NCBI GenBank assembly: GCA_947085095.1
Contig: CAMTVD010000018.1
Coordinates: 59,074-123,073, forward strand
Reading direction: 5' to 3'
Source: an uncultured Thermus sp.
GTDB lineage: Bacteria > Deinococcota > Deinococci > Deinococcales > Thermaceae
Length of the DNA: 64,000 nt
Below the pieces are notes generated by a model that saw only the letters and a list, made by a program, of their open reading frames with translations, was not told the DNA's origin and searched no databases. Every line of letters begins with the position of its first letter. Positions within the stretch are counted from its first letter, which is position 1. Below, piece by piece: positions 23,398 to 33,895 of the stretch. The position numbers were made by a program, and so were the translations under genes.

Positions 23398-24093
23398 CTA
23401 GGGGGTCTGGGGGGCAGGCTTCCGCAGGGCCCAGAAACTGCCCAAAAGGAGCACCCCCAGGATGAAGAGGCTAAAGGCCTCCTTGTCCAGGCCCAAGGCC
23501 AGCTCGGGGCGGTGGAGGGTTTCCTTCGCCAGCTTGTCCCATCCGCCCACCAGAAGCTTTACTCCGGCGAGGCCCACCACCACGTAGGCCAGGTGTTTGA
23601 ACCGGGGATAGCGGTCCAGAAGGTTCATCACCAGGCTGGCCAGCATTCTCAAGGCCAGGATGCCCAGGAAGACCCCGGTGTAGATCACCCAAAGCTGGTC
23701 GGAAAGGGCCACGGCCACCAGGACCGAGTCCACGGCGAAGGCCAGGTCCATGAGCTCCACCTGGGCCACCACCTTCCAGAACTGGGCGGCGCTGGCTTCC
23801 AAGGGCGGGGGGGCGTGGGCATCGTCGGGCTTGAGGAAGTGCTTGAGGGCGATGTAGAGGAGGTAGGCTGCCCCCAAAACCTGGACCCACCAGAGCTTGA
23901 TGACCAAGGCGGCGAAGAGGAGGGCGAGGCCCCTGAAGACGTAGGCCCCCAGGATGCCGTAGAAGAGAGCCCTACGCCTCAGGTGCACGGGGAGCTTCTG
24001 CACCAAGACCCCCAGGATGAGGGCGTTGTCCGCGGAGAGGATGACCTCCAGGACGATCAGGATCAGGATCACGGAAATCACACCAGCTTCCAT
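23398..24093 (-). CDS. TerC-family (Alx/YkoY-like) Mn2+-related membrane protein
   Basis: LEVILSADNA, GILGAY.FR, ELMDLAFAVDSV; ATG 24093 with GGAGG RBS at 24099-24103. Confidence 0.9.
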   Translation of the reverse strand: MEAGVISVILILIVLEVILSADNALILGVLVQKLPVHLRRRALFYGILGAYVFRGLALLFAALVIKLWWVQVLGAAYLLYIALKHFLKPDDAHAPPPLEASAAQFWKVVAQVELMDLAFAVDSVLVAVALSDQLWVIYTGVFLGILALRMLASLVMNLLDRYPRFKHLAYVVVGLAGVKLLVGGWDKLAKETLHRPELALGLDKEAFSLFILGVLLLGSFWALRKPAPQTP

Positions 24094-24103
24094 GCTTGCC
24101 TCC

Positions 24104-24134
24104 AAAGAAAAGGACCACCGCTAAAGCGGTGGTC
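24104..24134 (-). terminator. Intrinsic terminator forming the riboswitch expression platform
   Basis: Minus strand GACCACCGC-TTTA-GCGGTGGTC followed by CTTTTCTTT; its 5' arm is also the 3' strand of the aptamer P1. Confidence 0.85.
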
Positions 24135-24222
24135 TTGCCCGGGCCTCTGGCCCCCGGCCCCCCGGGGCTTTTTCGCCCGTACTGACGAGAGGCCGGCTCG
24201 GGGCTACTCCCCAACCACCGCC
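24126..24222 (-). ncRNA. yybP-ykoY (Mn2+-sensing) riboswitch
   Basis: Minus strand carries GGGGAGTAGC...TCGTCAGTAC...GGCAAGACC, the family hallmarks, upstream of a TerC gene; TACAAT -10 box at 24223-24228. Confidence 0.88.
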
Positions 24223-24265
24223 ATTGTAGCAGAAAGGGCCGGGTGGACTCGGGTATACTGGGGGC

Positions 24266-24607
24266 ATGGACGAGGTGCGGCAGGAGGCGGGGCTTCCCAC
24301 CAAGGAGCAGGTCCTCGAGGCCCTTAAGGTGGTCTACGACCCGGAGATCCCCGTGAACATCGTGGACCTGGGCCTGGTCTACGACGTGGAGGTCCACGAA
24401 AACGGCGTGGTGGACGTGACCATGACCCTCACCGCCATCGGCTGCCCCGCCCAGGACGTGGTGAAGGCCGACGCGGAGATGGCGGTCATGCGCCTTCCCG
24501 GGGTGCAGGGGGTGAACGTGGAGTTTGTCTGGACCCCACCCTGGACCCCGGCCAAGATGACCGAGGAGGGCAAGCGCATGATGCGGATGTTTGGGTTCAA
24601 CGTGTGA
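24266..24607 (+). CDS. DUF59 / SufT-like metal-sulfur cluster assembly factor
   Basis: V.DPEIPVNIVDLGLVY, TLT..GCP, PPWTP. Confidence 0.9.
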   Translation: MDEVRQEAGLPTKEQVLEALKVVYDPEIPVNIVDLGLVYDVEVHENGVVDVTMTLTAIGCPAQDVVKADAEMAVMRLPGVQGVNVEFVWTPPWTPAKMTEEGKRMMRMFGFNV

Positions 24608-24624
24608 GCTTGGTTGCTTTACAG

Positions 24625-24646
24625 GGGGCCCGGAAGGGCCCCTTTT
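24625..24646 (+). terminator. Intrinsic terminator
   Basis: GGGGCCC-GGAA-GGGCCCC followed by TTTT, just after the DUF59 gene. Confidence 0.75.
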
Positions 24647-24662
24647 GCGTTAGAGTAAGGGC

Positions 24663-26393
24663 ATGCCGGTCAGCCGCTATTACGATGTCAAGCGGGACGA
24701 GAAGGGGGAGAGGTACCTGGAGCCCTACGTCACGGGCTTCCTCCTCCTCAGGCTTCCCCTCCTCAACAAGGGCACGGCCTTCACCGAGGAGGAGCGAAGA
24801 GCCCTGGGCCTCGAGGGGCTTCTGCCCCCCCATGTGAACACCCTCGAGGAGCAGAAGGAGCGGATCTACCGCCGCTACCGCCTTCAGACCTCGCCTTTGG
24901 AGAAACATATCTACCTGCGCCACCTCCAGGACCGCAACGAGGTCCTCTTCTACGCCCTCTTGGTGGACCACCTGGAGGAGATGCTCCCCATCCTCTACAC
25001 CCCCACGGTGGGGGAGGCGGTGCGGGAGTTCTCCCACATCTACCGCTACCCCCGGGGTTTCACCGCCAGCACCAAGAACATAGACCGGGTTGAGGAGGCC
25101 CTCATGAACGTCCCCCTGGAGGAGGTGCGCCTCATCGTGGCCACGGACTCCTCGGCCATTTTGGGCATCGGGGACCAGGGGTATGGGGGCATGGCCATCA
25201 GCATCGGCAAGCTCACCCTCTACACCGCCGTGGGTGGGGTAGGGCCCGACAAAACCCTGCCCGTGGAGCTGGACGTGGGCACGGACCGGGAGGACCTCCT
25301 CAAGGACCCCCTCTACCTGGGGGTGCGCCACAAGAGGCTTCGGGGAGAGGCCTACTACCGCTTCCTGGACCGCTTCGTGGAGGCGGTGAAGAAGCGCTAC
25401 CCCAAGGCCCTCATCCAGTGGGAGGACTTCAGCAAGGAGGCGGCCTTCACCGTCTTGGAGCGCTACCGCAAGGTGGTGCCCTCCTTCAACGACGACATCC
25501 AGGGCACGGGGGCGGTGGCCCTAGCGGGGGTCCTCTCCGCCTGCCGCCTCAAGGGGGAGAGGCTTTCGGAGCAGGTGGTGGTGGTCTACGGGGCCGGGGC
25601 CGGGGGGATTGGCGTGGCCTGGGCCCTCATAGAGGGCATGAAAAGGGAGGGTCTCTCCGAGGAGGAGGCCAAGGCCAGGGTCCTGGTCCTGGACTCCAAG
25701 GGCCTCCTCCTGGAGGGGCGGGCCATGGAGGACTACAAAAGGCCCTACGCCCAGAAGCGGGAGCGGGTTTCGGGCTGGCGCTTCGCCGGGGACTACCCCA
25801 ATCTTTTGGAAACTATAGAAAATGCCCGGGCCACGGTCCTCCTGGGCCTTTCCGGCCAGGGGGGAAGCTTCACCGAGCCCGTGGCCCGGGCCATGTTGCA
25901 AAACACCGAGCGCCCCGTCATCTTCCCCCTCTCCAACCCCACCTCCGCCTCCGAGGCCCTGCCCGACGACCTCATCTACTGGACTGAGGGCCGGGCCCTG
26001 GTGGCGGCGGGAAGCCCCTTTCCCCCTGTGGGCTTTAAGGGGCGGACCATCCCCATCGGCCAGGGAAACAACGCCTTCGTCTTCCCGGGCCTGGGCCTGG
26101 GGGCGGTGCTGGCCCGGGCCCGGGAGGTGACGGACGGGATGGTCCTCGAGGCCGCCTACGCCCTTCACGACTTCACCCGGGTCCACTTCCCCGACCTCCT
26201 CTACCCCCCGGTGGCCAGGCTCCGGGAGGTCTCCCCCTACGTGGCCGCCCGGGTCATGGCCAAGGCCCTGGAGGAGGGGGTGGCGGAGGAGGAGCGGATC
26301 CGGGGGCTGGACCTGGAGGGGCTTTTTGCCTTCGTGCAGAGCCGCTTCTGGGAGCCAAAGTACCTGCCCTACCGCCCGGCCCCGGTAATCTAG
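24663..26393 (+). CDS. maeA: NAD-dependent malic enzyme
   Basis: [54 protein letters not shown]. Confidence 0.93.
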   Translation: MPVSRYYDVKRDEKGERYLEPYVTGFLLLRLPLLNKGTAFTEEERRALGLEGLLPPHVNTLEEQKERIYRRYRLQTSPLEKHIYLRHLQDRNEVLFYALLVDHLEEMLPILYTPTVGEAVREFSHIYRYPRGFTASTKNIDRVEEALMNVPLEEVRLIVATDSSAILGIGDQGYGGMAISIGKLTLYTAVGGVGPDKTLPVELDVGTDREDLLKDPLYLGVRHKRLRGEAYYRFLDRFVEAVKKRYPKALIQWEDFSKEAAFTVLERYRKVVPSFNDDIQGTGAVALAGVLSACRLKGERLSEQVVVVYGAGAGGIGVAWALIEGMKREGLSEEEAKARVLVLDSKGLLLEGRAMEDYKRPYAQKRERVSGWRFAGDYPNLLETIENARATVLLGLSGQGGSFTEPVARAMLQNTERPVIFPLSNPTSASEALPDDLIYWTEGRALVAAGSPFPPVGFKGRTIPIGQGNNAFVFPGLGLGAVLARAREVTDGMVLEAAYALHDFTRVHFPDLLYPPVARLREVSPYVAARVMAKALEEGVAEEERIRGLDLEGLFAFVQSRFWEPKYLPYRPAPVI

Positions 26394-26397
26394 GGGT

Positions 26398-27282
26398 GTG
26401 TGGCGGCTCCTCACCCTTAGGCCCGGGGCTCTGGCCCAGGAAGAGGTCCTGAAGGGGGCCCCGGAACCCCAGGCCTTCCATCCCCTGGAGTCCCCCTGGG
26501 AGCCCCGGCGGGCGGAGCCCAGGCCCTGGCCCGAGCCCCTCTACTTCGTGGACGGCAAGGAGCGGGAGGAGGCCCTCCTCCAGGGGGAGCGGCTCGCCCT
26601 TTTGGGGTGTGTGGCGGCGGGGGCCTTGGTCCGCCAGGGGGGGAGGATGGCCCTCCTCCCCCCGGCGGTGCGCCGGGTGGGGGTGGGCCTCACCGAGCCT
26701 TTGAGGGTGGGGGAGCTCCTCTACGAGCCGCTGCCCGCCGAGGGGGGGGACTACGCCGCTTTAAAGGCCCGGCTCCAGGAGGCGCGGGAGGCCCTGGAAT
26801 GGGAGGTGGCCCGGAGGCTTTCCGGGGGGCTTTTGGTGGTGGACGGGCCCGTGCGCTTCCTTAGGCCCCACGGTCTTCCCCTTCTCGGGTACATCAAGAC
26901 CCACTGGGCCCGCTACCTGCCCGAGGGGGCGGAGTCCCTCCTCCAGGCCCTAAGGCCAGGGGAGAGGACGCCTGTATTCCGGGTGCGGCGGGGGGGCAGG
27001 GAGCTGGCCAGCTGGTATTTGCGCCTTCCCTTGGTCCCCGAGGGCCTGCGCCCCCCCCAGGCGGGGCTCCTTCGGGTGGAAACCCCGCTGGAGGATTCCT
27101 TTTCGGAGCTGGCGGACCTTTCCTTGAGCCTCTTTCCCCTCCTGGCCTCCCACCCGGTCAAGGACCCCCGGGCCCCGCAGAACCTGACCCCCATCGGGGC
27201 CTTGGAATGGGGGCTGGCTCGGAGGATGGGAAGCCAGGAGGTGGTGGAGCGCCTTTTAAGGCGGCATCTGGGAGGTGGGTAG
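26398..27282 (+). CDS. nurA: NurA-family 5'-3' nuclease
   Basis: FVDG, LVVDGP, GYIKTH, KDPRAPQNL.PI..LE; directly upstream of herA. Confidence 0.85.
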   Translation: MWRLLTLRPGALAQEEVLKGAPEPQAFHPLESPWEPRRAEPRPWPEPLYFVDGKEREEALLQGERLALLGCVAAGALVRQGGRMALLPPAVRRVGVGLTEPLRVGELLYEPLPAEGGDYAALKARLQEAREALEWEVARRLSGGLLVVDGPVRFLRPHGLPLLGYIKTHWARYLPEGAESLLQALRPGERTPVFRVRRGGRELASWYLRLPLVPEGLRPPQAGLLRVETPLEDSFSELADLSLSLFPLLASHPVKDPRAPQNLTPIGALEWGLARRMGSQEVVERLLRRHLGGG

Positions 27283-29006
27283 TGGAGCGGATCGGCGTGG
27301 TGCTGGGCAGGCGGGAGGCCACCCCCCTGGAGTTCTGGGTGGGGGTGGAGGGGGAAGGGCTTTTGAGGCTGGACGACCTGGTGGTGGTGAAGGGCTTCCA
27401 CCCCAGGGTGGGGGAGGTGCTCTACTTCGGCATGGTGGATCACGTGGCCAAGCTCCACGAGGGGGAGGCCTATGACACCGACACCTTTTTGGCGGTGGAG
27501 GGGCAGATCCCCGTGAGCCTGGCCTACGTGGCCCACGTGAGCGTGACCCGCATCCTCCCCGAGGAGTTCTTCCCCCCAGACCCCGGCTCCCCGGTCTACC
27601 TGGCCCAAGGGGAGGACCTGGAGCGGGCCCTCTACTACGACGCCATGAAGAACCAGAAGGGGAGCACCAAGCTCCCCGCCGGGTTCTTGCAGAACGGGGA
27701 GGTGGCCTACCTGAACCTGGAGTTCCTGAACGGGGTCAAGGGGGGGCACGTCAACATCTCCGGCATCAGCGGGGTGGCGGCCAAGACCAGCTACGCCACC
27801 TTCCTCCTGAAGAGCCTCCTGGAAAGCGGGGTCCTCGAGGAGGCCCACCAGGCCAGGGTCCTCCTCTTCAACGTCAAGGGGGAGGACCTCTTCTTCCTGG
27901 ACAAGCCCAACACCCGTCTTCAGGAGAAGGACCGGGCGGAGTACGCCCGCCTGGGGCTTCCCGCCACCCCCTTCCAGAGCGTGGCCTTCATGGCCCCTCC
28001 CAAGAAGGAGGGGTACGTGCCCGACCTGGACACCCGCCTCCAGGGGGTGCGGGCCTACCACTGGGACCTGGTCCAGTTCTGCCAGCGGGGCCTCCTCCCC
28101 TTCCTCTTCGCCGACCGCTCGGCCATGACCAACCTGGGCTTCCTCCTGGCCCACGTGACGGAAAAGCTCAAGGAGCTGGCCCAGGGGCAGAAGGGCCCCC
28201 ATCTCCTGGTGGAGGACTGGCCGGGGGAGGACCTGCCCGAGGAGGTCACCTTTGACCATCTGGGCAAGGTGCGCCTCAAGAGCTTCGCCCAGCTGGTGCG
28301 CTACGTGGAGTACAAGCTCCTGGGCCCGGAGGTGGGGGAGGGCGAGGGGGACAAGAGGTGGATGGCCCGGCAGGCCAGGCCCACCCTCGAGGCCTTCGTC
28401 CGCCGCCTGCGCTCAAGCGTGGAGAACGTGGGCCACCTCATCCGGGGGGACCGGTCCGGCAACCCCCCAGACCCCCTCCAGGGGGAGCAGGTTCACGTGG
28501 TGGACCTGGCCAAGCTCTCTCCCCAGGCGCAGATGTTCGTGGTGGGAGGCCTCCTCAAGGACCTCTTTGAGCGCAAGGAAAGGGGCCAGTACCGGGGCCG
28601 GGTCTTCATCGTCCTGGACGAGCTCAACAAGTACGCCCCACGGGAGGAGGAAAGCCCCATCAAGGACATCCTCCTGGACATCGCGGAAAGGGGCCGTTCC
28701 CTGGGAGTCATCCTCATCGGGGCCCAGCAGACGGCGAGCGAGGTGGAAAGGAGGGTGGTGGGGAACGCCGCCATCAGGGTGGTGGGCCGCCTGGACGCCG
28801 CCGAGGCGGAAAGGCCCGAGTACCGCTACCTGCCCACCTCCTTCCGCCAGCGGGCCCTCATCCTGCCCCAGGGGGCGGTGATCCTCCACCAGCCGGAGAT
28901 CCCCGTCCCCCTCCTGGTGCGTTTCCCCTTCCCCGCTTGGGCCACCAAGCGGGAGGAGGTCCTGGAGGACAACTCCGCCGAGGCCTTAAGGCGGGAGTTC
29001 TTTTAG
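27282..29006 (+). CDS. herA: HerA/FtsK-family DNA translocase ATPase
   Basis: N-terminal HAS barrel, HVNISGISGVAAKTS, FNVKGED, IVLDELNKYAP, ERGRSLG..LIGAQQ; GTG start overlaps the nurA stop. Confidence 0.88.
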   Translation: MERIGVVLGRREATPLEFWVGVEGEGLLRLDDLVVVKGFHPRVGEVLYFGMVDHVAKLHEGEAYDTDTFLAVEGQIPVSLAYVAHVSVTRILPEEFFPPDPGSPVYLAQGEDLERALYYDAMKNQKGSTKLPAGFLQNGEVAYLNLEFLNGVKGGHVNISGISGVAAKTSYATFLLKSLLESGVLEEAHQARVLLFNVKGEDLFFLDKPNTRLQEKDRAEYARLGLPATPFQSVAFMAPPKKEGYVPDLDTRLQGVRAYHWDLVQFCQRGLLPFLFADRSAMTNLGFLLAHVTEKLKELAQGQKGPHLLVEDWPGEDLPEEVTFDHLGKVRLKSFAQLVRYVEYKLLGPEVGEGEGDKRWMARQARPTLEAFVRRLRSSVENVGHLIRGDRSGNPPDPLQGEQVHVVDLAKLSPQAQMFVVGGLLKDLFERKERGQYRGRVFIVLDELNKYAPREEESPIKDILLDIAERGRSLGVILIGAQQTASEVERRVVGNAAIRVVGRLDAAEAERPEYRYLPTSFRQRALILPQGAVILHQPEIPVPLLVRFPFPAWATKREEVLEDNSAEALRREFF

Positions 29007-29070
29007 ATGGTGGGGCCAGCCTCTTTAGACCCCTCCGCCCCTGGCGCCTTTGGGGGTAAGCTAGCCTTGT

Positions 29071-30120
29071 ATGAAAGAGACCCCGCTTTACCAGGCCCAC
29101 TTGCGCCACGGGGGGCGTATGGTGGAGTTCGCGGGCTACGCCCTTCCCCTCCAGTACACCTCCATCGTGGAGGAGCACCTGGCCGTGCGCCAGGGCGCCG
29201 GCCTCTTTGATGTGAGCCACATGGGGGAGTTCCTCATCCAGGGCCCCGAGGCCCTGGCCTTTCTCCAGTGGGCCACGGTGAACGACGCCGGGAAGCTGAA
29301 GGTGGGCCGGGCCCACTACTCCATGCTTCCCAATGAGCGGGGCGGCGTGGTGGACGACATCTACCTCTACCGCCTGGGGGAGGAGGCCTTCCTGATGGTG
29401 GTCAACGCCGCCAACATCGCCAAGGACTTCGCCCACCTTAGCGCCTTGGCCCAGGGCTTCCGGGTGGAGCTAAGGGACCTTTCCCAGGCCACCGCCCTCC
29501 TGGCCCTCCAAGGACCCAAGGCGGCCCAGGTGCTCCAGGGCCTCACCGGGGTGGACCTCTCCTCCCGCAAGAAGAACGACGTCTTTGAGGCGGAGGTGGC
29601 GGGCAGGCCCGCCCGCCTGGCCCGCACCGGGTACACGGGGGAGGACGGGTTTGAGATCTTCCTCGCCCCTGAGGACGCCGAGGCGGTCTTTGAGGCCCTT
29701 TTGGCGGCGGGGGCCAGGCCCTGTGGCCTTGGGGCCCGGGACACCCTGAGGCTCGAGGCGGGCTTTCCCCTCTACGGCCACGAGCTCACCGAGGCCACCA
29801 ACCCCCTCTGCACCCCCTGGGCCTGGGTGGTGAAGAAGGAGAAGGACTTCTTGGGCAAGGAGGCCATGCTTTCCGGGGTGTGCCAGGAGAAGCTTGTGGG
29901 CCTGGTCCTGGAGACGGGCATCCCCCGGGAGGGGTACAGGGTCCTCTCCGGGGAGCGCCCCGTGGGCCGGGTGACCAGCGGGGGCTACTCCCCCCTTCTG
30001 GAGAAGGGCATCGCCCTGGCCTATGTGGCAAAGGAGGCCGAGGGCCCCTTCCATGTGGAGGTGCGGGGGCGGGCGGTCCCCGCTTCCCTCAGCCCTTTGC
30101 CCTTTGTGCCGCTAAAATAG
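29071..30120 (+). CDS. gcvT: Glycine cleavage T protein (aminomethyltransferase)
   Basis: LFDVSHMG, ARTGYTGEDGFE, GLGARDTLRLEAG. Confidence 0.96.
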   Translation: MKETPLYQAHLRHGGRMVEFAGYALPLQYTSIVEEHLAVRQGAGLFDVSHMGEFLIQGPEALAFLQWATVNDAGKLKVGRAHYSMLPNERGGVVDDIYLYRLGEEAFLMVVNAANIAKDFAHLSALAQGFRVELRDLSQATALLALQGPKAAQVLQGLTGVDLSSRKKNDVFEAEVAGRPARLARTGYTGEDGFEIFLAPEDAEAVFEALLAAGARPCGLGARDTLRLEAGFPLYGHELTEATNPLCTPWAWVVKKEKDFLGKEAMLSGVCQEKLVGLVLETGIPREGYRVLSGERPVGRVTSGGYSPLLEKGIALAYVAKEAEGPFHVEVRGRAVPASLSPLPFVPLK

Positions 30121-30138
30121 CGGGGGTTAGGAGGCGTT

Positions 30139-30522
30139 ATGGACATACCCAAGGACCGCTTTTATACCAAGACCCACGAGTGGGCCCTGCCCGAAGGGGA
30201 TACGGTGCTGGTGGGCATTACCGACTACGCCCAGGATGCCCTGGGGGATGTGGTCTACGTGGAGCTCCCCCAGGTGGGCCGGGTGGTGGAGGCCGGGGAG
30301 GCCATCGCCGTGGTGGAGAGTGTGAAAACCGCCTCCGACATCTACGCTCCTGTGGCGGGGGAAGTGGTGGAGGTGAACCCGGCCCTGGAGAAAAACCCCG
30401 AGCTCATCAACCAGGACCCCTACGGGGAGGGCTGGATCTTCCGCTTAAAGCCCCGGGAGATGGCCGATCTGGACGGGCTTCTGGATGCGGAAGGCTACCA
30501 GGCGGTCTTAGAGAGCGCGTAG
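30139..30522 (+). CDS. gcvH: Glycine cleavage H protein
   Basis: THEW, GITDYAQ..LGD, lipoyl-Lys VESVKT, DPYGEGW; AGGAGG RBS. Confidence 0.97.
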   Translation: MDIPKDRFYTKTHEWALPEGDTVLVGITDYAQDALGDVVYVELPQVGRVVEAGEAIAVVESVKTASDIYAPVAGEVVEVNPALEKNPELINQDPYGEGWIFRLKPREMADLDGLLDAEGYQAVLESA

Positions 30523-30588
30523 GAGGCGGCATGCTTTGGGCGGGCCTTCCCCTTCCCCGCGCCTTAGGTGGGGGAGGCCCTTCTGTAG

Positions 30589-30615
30589 CCCCGGGTCATA
30601 TGGCCCGGGGGTTTT
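30589..30615 (+). terminator. Probable intra-operon terminator/attenuator hairpin after gcvH
   Basis: CCCCGGGTCA-TA-TGGCCCGGGG (one G-U pair) followed by GTTTT. Confidence 0.5.
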
Positions 30616-30631
30616 GCTGGAGGATGGTCCT

Positions 30632-31945
30632 ATGGATTACACGCCCCACACAGAGGAAGAGATCCGGGCCATGCTGGAGAGGGTGGGGGCCAAGCGTCTG
30701 GAGGACCTCTACGCCCACCTTCCCGAGGAGGTCCTAAACCCCCCCATCAGCCTCCCCGAGCCCATGCCCGAGTGGAGGGTCCTGGAGGAGCTGGCCCGCC
30801 TGGCCGAGGCCAACCTCCCCCCCAGGAAGGCCTTCCTGGGGGGCGGGGTTCGCGCCCATTACGTTCCCCCTGTGGTCCAGGCCCTGGGAAGCCGGGGGGA
30901 GTTCCTCACCGCCTACACCCCCTACCAGCCGGAGGTGAGCCAGGGGGTGCTTCAGGCCACCTTTGAGTACCAGACCATGGTGGCGGAGCTCACCGGGCTG
31001 GAGGTGGCCAACGCCTCCATGTACGACGGCTCCACCGCCCTGGCGGAAGGGGTCCTCCTGGCCCTCCGGGAGACGGGGAGGATGGGGGTCTTGGTCTCCC
31101 AGGGGGTTCACCCCGAGTACCGGGAGGTCCTGAAGACCTACCTGGAGGCGGTGGGGGCCGAGCTTCGCACCCTCCCCCTGGAGGGGGGGAGGACGCCCCT
31201 TCCCGAGGTGCCGGAGGAGGTGGGGGCGGTGGTGGCCCAGAACCCCAACTTCCTGGGGGCCCTCGAGGACCTTGCGCCCCTGGCCGAGGCCGCCCACCGG
31301 GCCGGGGCCCTCTTCGTGGCCGTGGCCGACCCCCTTTCCCTCTCCCTTCTCAAGCCCCCAGGGGCCTTGGGGGCGGACATCGCCGTGGGGGATGGCCAGA
31401 CCCTGGGCCTGCCCCTGGGCTTCGGCGGGCCCCACTTCGGCTTCTTGGCCACCAAGAAGGCCTTCGTGCGCCAGCTTCCCGGGAGGCTGGTCTCCGAGAC
31501 CGTGGATGCGGAGGGCAAGAGGGGCTTCATCCTCACCCTTCAGGCCCGGGAGCAGTACATCCGGCGGGCCAAGGCCAAGAGCAACATCACCACCAACGCC
31601 CAGCTCACCGCCCTCATGGGGGCCATGTACCTGGCGGCCCTGGGGCCTTTGGGCTTGAAAGAGGTGGCCCTGAAGGGGGTGGCCATGGCCCACCGCCTGC
31701 GGGCCCTCCTCCTCACGATCCCCGGGGTGGAGGCCTTCACCCCAGAGCCCTTCTTCCAGGAGTTCGCCCTGAGGCTTCCCAAGGACCCCCTGGAGGTGCG
31801 CCACGCCCTGGCAAAGCGGGGCTTCCACGGGGCCACGCCCGTGCCCAAGGAGTACGGGGAGAACCTGGCCCTTTTCGCCGCCACCGAGCTGCACGAGGAG
31901 GAGGACCTCCTGGCCTTCCGGGAGGCCCTGAAGGAGGTGTTATGA
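30632..31945 (+). CDS. gcvPA: Glycine dehydrogenase (decarboxylating) subunit 1
   Basis: MDYTPHT start, [33 protein letters not shown]. Confidence 0.95.
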   Translation: MDYTPHTEEEIRAMLERVGAKRLEDLYAHLPEEVLNPPISLPEPMPEWRVLEELARLAEANLPPRKAFLGGGVRAHYVPPVVQALGSRGEFLTAYTPYQPEVSQGVLQATFEYQTMVAELTGLEVANASMYDGSTALAEGVLLALRETGRMGVLVSQGVHPEYREVLKTYLEAVGAELRTLPLEGGRTPLPEVPEEVGAVVAQNPNFLGALEDLAPLAEAAHRAGALFVAVADPLSLSLLKPPGALGADIAVGDGQTLGLPLGFGGPHFGFLATKKAFVRQLPGRLVSETVDAEGKRGFILTLQAREQYIRRAKAKSNITTNAQLTALMGAMYLAALGPLGLKEVALKGVAMAHRLRALLLTIPGVEAFTPEPFFQEFALRLPKDPLEVRHALAKRGFHGATPVPKEYGENLALFAATELHEEEDLLAFREALKEVL

Positions 31946-33369
31946 GCTACCCCTTGATCTACGAGCGGAGCCGCAAGGGAAGGCGCGGCCTTAGGCTGGT
32001 GAAGGCGGTGCCCCAGGCAGAGGACTACATCCCCAAAGGCTTCCTGCGGGAGGCCCCTCCCCGCCTCCCCGAGGTGGACGAGCTCACCCTGGTGCGCCAC
32101 TACACCGGGCTTTCCCGCCGCCAGGTGGGGGTGGACACCACCTTCTACCCCTTGGGAAGCTGCACCATGAAGTACAACCCCAAGCTCCACGAGGAGGCGG
32201 TGCGCCTCTTCGCCCACCTCCATCCCTACCAGGACCCGAGGACGGTCCAGGGGGCGCTGAGGCTCATGTGGGAGCTGGGGGAGTACCTGAAGGCCCTCAC
32301 CGGCATGGAGGCCATCACCCTCCAGCCCGCCGCCGGGGCCCACGGGGAGCTCACGGGGATCCTCATCATCCGCGCCTACCACGAGGACCGGGGGGAGGGG
32401 AGGACGAGGCGGGTGGTCCTGGTGCCGGACTCGGCCCACGGTTCCAACCCCGCCACCGCCAGCATGGCGGGCTACCAGGTGAGGGAGGTTCCCTCGGGGC
32501 CCGATGGGGAGGTGGACCTCGAGGCCCTGAAGCGGGAGCTCTCCCCTCACGTGGCCGCCATCATGCTCACCAACCCCAACACCCTGGGCCTCTTTGAGCG
32601 GCGGATCCTGGAGATCTCCCGCCTGGCCAAGGAGGCGGGGGTCCAGCTCTACTACGACGGGGCCAACCTGAACGCCATCATGGGCTGGGCCAGGCCCGGG
32701 GACATGGGCTTTGACGTGGTCCACCTGAACCTGCACAAGACCTTCACCGTGCCCCACGGGGGCGGGGGGCCGGGTTCCGGCCCCGTGGGGGTGAAGGCTC
32801 ACCTGGCCCCTTACCTGCCCGTGCCCACGGTGGAGAAGGGGGAGGAGGGCTTCTACCTTTCCTTTGACCGCCCAAAGAGCATCGGGAGGGTGCGGAGCTT
32901 CCACGGGAACTTCCTGGCCCTGGTGCGGGCCTGGGCCTACATCCGCACCCTGGGGCTAGAGGGCCTCAAAAAGGCCGCCGCCCTTTCCGTGCTCAACGCC
33001 CGCTACCTGCAGGAGCTTCTGAAGGAGCGGGGCTACCGCATCCCCTACGAGGGGCCCTGCATGCACGAGTTCGTGGCCCAGCCCCCCCAGGGCTTCCGCG
33101 CCCTGGACCTGGCCAAGGGCCTCCTGGAGCTGGGCTTCCACCCCCCCACGGTTTACTTCCCCCTGATCGTCAAGGAGGCCCTCATGGTGGAGCCCACGGA
33201 GACGGAGAGCAAGGAGACCCTCGAGGCTTTCGCCGAAGCCATGGAAGCCCTCCTTAAAAAGCCTAAGGAGTGGCTGGAAAACGCACCCTACACCACCCCG
33301 GTCCGCCGCCTGGACGAGCTTAGGGCCAACAAGGCTCCCAAGCTCACCTACTTTGACCAAGAAGGGTGA
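31942..33369 (+). CDS. gcvPB: Glycine dehydrogenase (decarboxylating) subunit 2
   Basis: [23 protein letters not shown]-Lys [22 protein letters not shown]. Confidence 0.96.
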   Translation: MSYPLIYERSRKGRRGLRLVKAVPQAEDYIPKGFLREAPPRLPEVDELTLVRHYTGLSRRQVGVDTTFYPLGSCTMKYNPKLHEEAVRLFAHLHPYQDPRTVQGALRLMWELGEYLKALTGMEAITLQPAAGAHGELTGILIIRAYHEDRGEGRTRRVVLVPDSAHGSNPATASMAGYQVREVPSGPDGEVDLEALKRELSPHVAAIMLTNPNTLGLFERRILEISRLAKEAGVQLYYDGANLNAIMGWARPGDMGFDVVHLNLHKTFTVPHGGGGPGSGPVGVKAHLAPYLPVPTVEKGEEGFYLSFDRPKSIGRVRSFHGNFLALVRAWAYIRTLGLEGLKKAAALSVLNARYLQELLKERGYRIPYEGPCMHEFVAQPPQGFRALDLAKGLLELGFHPPTVYFPLIVKEALMVEPTETESKETLEAFAEAMEALLKKPKEWLENAPYTTPVRRLDELRANKAPKLTYFDQEG

Positions 33370-33382
33370 GATAAACTCCAAA

Positions 33383-33406
33383 GGGGGCGGGCAAAAGCCC
33401 GCCCCC
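33383..33406. terminator. Hairpin between convergent gcvPB and rhodanese genes, probably a bidirectional terminator
   Basis: Perfect 10-bp stem GGGGGCGGGC-AAAA-GCCCGCCCCC; TTT follows on the minus strand. Confidence 0.75.
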
Positions 33407-33419
33407 TCAGCCTATCCGG

Positions 33420-33860
33420 CTACTTCTCCACGGGAAGTTTGGCGTCGCTCCAGGCCTTGAAGCCACCGATGATGTTGATCGCGTTGTAGCCCTGGCCCCG
33501 GAGGTAGGGCAAGGCCATGCCCCCCCGGTGGCCGGAGCCGCAGTAGACGATGATGGGCTTGCCCTTGGGGAGCTCGCCCATGCGCTTGGGCAGCTCCCGG
33601 ATGGGGATGTGGACCGCCCCGGGGATGCGGCCGGCGTCGTACTCGCTCTTCTCCCGCACGTCCAGGATGAAGACGTCCAGGGTGTCCATCATCTGCTTGG
33701 CCGCCGCGGGCGCCCTGCCGTAGAAGTCCGCGGGCAGGGCCATGAGGAAGTTGCCCATCTCCCGCACCGTGAGGGCGGAGAAGGTCACCGTGGTGGCCTG
33801 CGCCAGAACCGGAATCGCCGCCAGAAGACCCAACCAAGCGAGCTTCTTCATGCCTTTCAT
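33420..33860 (-). CDS. Exported single-domain rhodanese (Sud-like sulfurtransferase)
   Basis: Signal peptide MKK-LAWLGLLAAIPVLAQA, LDVRE..EY..G.IPGA, active site CGSGHRG, GG..AW; AAGGAGG RBS. Confidence 0.85.
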   Translation of the reverse strand: MKGMKKLAWLGLLAAIPVLAQATTVTFSALTVREMGNFLMALPADFYGRAPAAAKQMMDTLDVFILDVREKSEYDAGRIPGAVHIPIRELPKRMGELPKGKPIIVYCGSGHRGGMALPYLRGQGYNAINIIGGFKAWSDAKLPVEK

Positions 33861-33895
33861 CGCTTACCTCCTTTCCCTAGGGGGCCAGAACCCCC

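Noticed and set aside
29007..29070. Glycine riboswitch upstream of gcvT
   Set aside because: The spacer is only 64 nt, with no aptamer hallmarks visible.
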